Positions 19,108 to 21,279 of a stretch of DNA of 21,279 nucleotides are shown here, piece after piece (the stretch's first letter is position 1; each line of letters opens with the position of its first letter). The DNA comes from Candidatus Tenderia sp. GTDB lineage: Bacteria > Pseudomonadota > Gammaproteobacteria > Tenderiales > Tenderiaceae. The notes below the pieces were generated by a model, which was not told the DNA's origin, did no database searches, and saw only the letters and a list, made by a program, of their open reading frames with translations. A program made the position numbers and the translations under genes. The stretch is from contig JANOSY010000006.1 of NCBI GenBank assembly GCA_031416075.1, positions 1 to 21,279 on the forward strand. The letters run 5' to 3'.

Positions 19108-19135
19108 CCCCAGCGGATATTTCCTCCTGGGGTTT
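19108..19135 (+). terminator. Possible orn terminator
   Basis: CCCCAG..GGA-TATT-TCC..CTGGGG stem followed by only TTT. Confidence 0.3.
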
Positions 19136-19210
19136 GGTAGTCAATAAGTAAGAGGGGGGTGAAAAAATGGAGTGTATAAAGCCTTGTACAACAATAAGTT
19201 AACCATTCAT

Positions 19211-19351
19211 TTGTCGTATAATGTCCCCATTATGTTCACGCCGCCCCAGAAGGATAATGGCGAAGCCCTGTCGGGGTGGCGCTCGATTCCCTTGGGGTGA
19301 ATATCTCTATCACCCCAAGGGGATTTATACATAGTGGCTATTATGCGGGCT
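19211..19351. other. Pair of inverted dif-like XerC/XerD sites forming a CTXphi-type att junction
   Basis: Site 1 (+): TTGTCGTATAA-TGTCCCCA-TTATGTTCACG. Site 2 (-): AGCCCGCATAA-TAGCCA-CTATGTATAAAT. Compare E. coli dif GGTGCGCATAA-TGTATA-TTATGTTAAAT. Two hairpins lie between them. Confidence 0.8.
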
Positions 19352-19448
19352 TGACGGGGTACGAAATCACAGCCTTAAACATGGTGTTTTTGACCTGGCT
19401 TTCTATCTTTCAGTTTTATCTTGGTTAACTGCAGGGCGATGGTCGAGG

Positions 19449-19498
19449 AGGTCCGGGGGCCTGTTACACACGGACTTTACCCCGGGATCCCGGGGTAA
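19449..19498 (+). repeat. Candidate rolling-circle origin hairpin plus an adjacent perfect 22-bp palindrome
   Basis: GTCCG-N15-CGGAC hairpin (19451-19475) and TTACCCCGGGATCCCGGGGTAA (19477-19498) just upstream of the rep gene. Confidence 0.6.
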
Positions 19499-19542
19499 CT
19501 AATTACTTAGAATCTTCCATCGCTCTCCATGGCGGTTAGCGC

Positions 19543-20636
19543 ATGTTCTATGACTGGCTGACTATTTACCAAGACCATGAGGGCGATCTGTCAATGATCG
19601 GTGACCGCGCCACTATTACCATCGATACTGTAACCGGTACTCACCTCGGTACGTCTCAGCCAATTGTTCAGCATGAAGGCTCTTACTGTACTTCGATTCA
19701 GATTCGCGTCAGTGCTAATCGTGTCACCGTGAAGGGTAATCCCTCCCGTATTAATCGTCTTGATAATTTGTTTGGTCTTACCTCCCTTGATGAATGTGTT
19801 GCTGTTTATAACCGTGTTTTGATCTCTCTCGGTCTGCCTCCCTTTACAAAATGCACTCGTGTTTTTCATCGTGCCAATGAAGCCGATCGCGTCGAGGTGA
19901 CTTATGACGGGGCCATGATTCAAGAGCTGCATATTACCTCTAATCGATCGGCGGGTGAGGGGTGTGCTGATGATTACATTCGCGGGCTTTCAACTCTGCG
20001 TTATCGCCACATCGAACCGCGTCTACATACCAACGGAAAAACAGCGGATTGGTTGAGTGTTCGCAACCATGAAGGTCGTGCTTCCTCGTTGATGTATCCC
20101 ACGGTGTATAACAAGGCGTTTGATATGGCGTTGCATCTGTTGCCCAAAATTTCGAAAAAATACGGTCCTGCTTCGGTTGAGGATGACTATGTGCGTGATC
20201 TGATTGAACATAAATTGAAGTCTAAATTTTTAGCACGTAATAATTTCAGGTTTTATGGATTATTTGACGAAGCGGGCCTGAAACCATTTCACGATGATTT
20301 TTTGAATATTGATGAAAATTGCAGGTGACAGCCATGACATTGGAGAGCATTTCAGAACGTCTATTAAGATTGGGAATTTGTGATAGCACCAAGGCGGCTA
20401 ACTCAACGGCCATGTATGCCATGCTTTGGATGAGTGGCCAGAGCTTTGATTTAAAAAAATCACAAGTCAAAATCCATCGCGCCCGCCTGCGTCGTATCGG
20501 CATAGATATTGCCGACAAGTGCAACGTCTCTCGTCACTCTCCTGTTTATGTACGCAAGGCTATTGAAGTAGAAATCAAGCCGTTAGATCGTCCGTACTGG
20601 TATCGGTCAGCTGTGCCGCTAAGGCTGGTGGCATGA
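19543..20636 (+). pseudogene. Phage/plasmid replication initiator, gene II/X family, frameshifted
   Basis: MFYDWL..HEGS..GNPSR..RLDNLFG..LGLPPFT..VYNKA, and C-terminal IHRARLRRIGIDI..PYWY. The frames join at 20314-20321, where GAAAATTG would read EKL with one more A. Confidence 0.85.
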
Positions 20637-20824
20637 CTGGCGTAATAGATATGAGTAGTGGGGCGGTGGTTGATCGTTTTTACGCGGTCTGCATGGAGAC
20701 AGGCAGAGACCCAAAAGAATTTTATGGTGCTTACGGCGGAAGAGAAGAATTTTGTGCCTCCGTGCGTAGCTTTTCAAGAGATGGCCCAATGATGTGGCCC
20801 ATTAAACATGTGATTAAATCATGA
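20633..20824 (+). CDS. Small hypothetical phage protein
   Basis: 63 aa with ATGA start/stop overlaps at both ends (with rep and with gene V), suggesting translational coupling. Confidence 0.55.
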   Translation: MTGVIDMSSGAVVDRFYAVCMETGRDPKEFYGAYGGREEFCASVRSFSRDGPMMWPIKHVIKS

Positions 20825-20969
20825 TCAAAATTAATGTTGAGTCTACAGAAACACGTCAACGTATGAGCAAAGCGAATAAGCCATATTATAAATAGGCTGG
20901 ATGGGCGTTTTTAGTTGATCGTGATGGCGTACAAGAACCGCATCCAACCAAAAATATTCAGATGAGGCC
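20821..20969 (+). pseudogene. Filamentous phage gene V-like ssDNA-binding protein with a premature stop and IS truncation
   Basis: MIKINVESTETRQRMSKANKPYYK*AGWAFLVDRDGVQEPHPTK. TAG (20893-20895) sits where G5P-like proteins usually have Gln after KPY. It is not in the supplied ORF track. Confidence 0.75.
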
Positions 20970-21279
20970 CTCAGTGATCCCCTCATTTTTCAATATACCG
21001 CTGATTGCCGTAATTTTTTTCAGCCCATTGATTTCATGCGCGAACATGATCATTCTTGCGCTTCATTTATCGAGAAGGCAAATCATGAAGAAGCGGAGTG
21101 TTGGGCGAATAGAAGATGTTCATTCCTTTCTTGATGATGTTCTTCAAGGCGATCTGCATGCCAAACGTGTGGCGTCATTGGCAAATGCCACGCTGGGGGT
21201 ATTAAACAGCACCTCATTAGCTGTACAGGCCATAGGCCTCGGCCTGGCTCATGCGCAGGGGTTGGTGACCAAGCATGCC
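20970..21279 (+). mobile_element. IS4-family (IS10-group) insertion sequence, left part
   Basis: Terminus CTCAGTGATCCCCTCATTT resembles the IS10 end CTGATGAATCCCCT; followed by a transposase ORF. Confidence 0.8.
21085..21279 (+). CDS. IS4-family transposase (5' part, runs off the window)
   Basis: MKKRSVGRIEDVHSFLDDVLQGDLHAKRVASLANATLGVLNSTSLAVQAIGLGLAHAQGLVTKHA, a typical IS10-group N-terminus; open to the window end. Confidence 0.85.
   Translation, partial: MKKRSVGRIEDVHSFLDDVLQGDLHAKRVASLANATLGVLNSTSLAVQAIGLGLAHAQGLVTKHA

Larger units (their letters stand above)
19211..20969 (+). mobile_element. Defective filamentous (inovirus-like) prophage or satellite integrated via XerCD
   Basis: Order is att site, origin-like hairpins, gene II/X rep, small ORF, gene V SSB; cut by an IS at 20970. 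Confidence 0.85.

Noticed and set aside
19070-19540. tRNA gene, CRISPR array or repressor ORF after orn
   Set aside because: No cloverleaf or TTCGA T-loop with acceptor stem, no regularly spaced repeats and no convincing HTH ORF; the hairpins are explained by the att and origin structures.
20893-20895. TAG in gene V as recoding or readthrough
   Set aside because: A CAG>TAG nonsense change is simpler given the other lesions in the element, and TAG is used as a normal stop in orn.

Overview
A gammaproteobacterial chromosome segment: a core-gene block flanked by two decaying accessory regions. Left (1-~2050): an internally deleted glutathione-reductase-like flavoprotein gene, a deleted and truncated transketolase gene, and an AraC-type regulator cut back to its N-terminal CxxC domain. 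Core: queF-FGGY kinase-lipoprotein-cysZ (- strand), smc-zipA, two tandem TPR/GT9-like glycosyltransferase paralogs, ffs (SRP RNA), dnaX-ybaB-recR, a 4-TM membrane protein with nsrR, rsgA, a small Met-free c-type cytochrome and orn. Right (19211-end): two inverted dif-like sites that fold into a CTXphi-type forked attP hairpin, followed by a decayed filamentous prophage (gene II/X replication gene, small ORF, gene V SSB) interrupted by an IS4-family (IS10-like) element running off the window. Best leads: the XerCD ssDNA-hairpin att site, a candidate -1 frameshift site in dnaX, the His/Cys-type cytochrome near nsrR, and an RBS-sequestering hairpin between queF and the kinase. All calls come from reading motifs by eye; no database searches were run.
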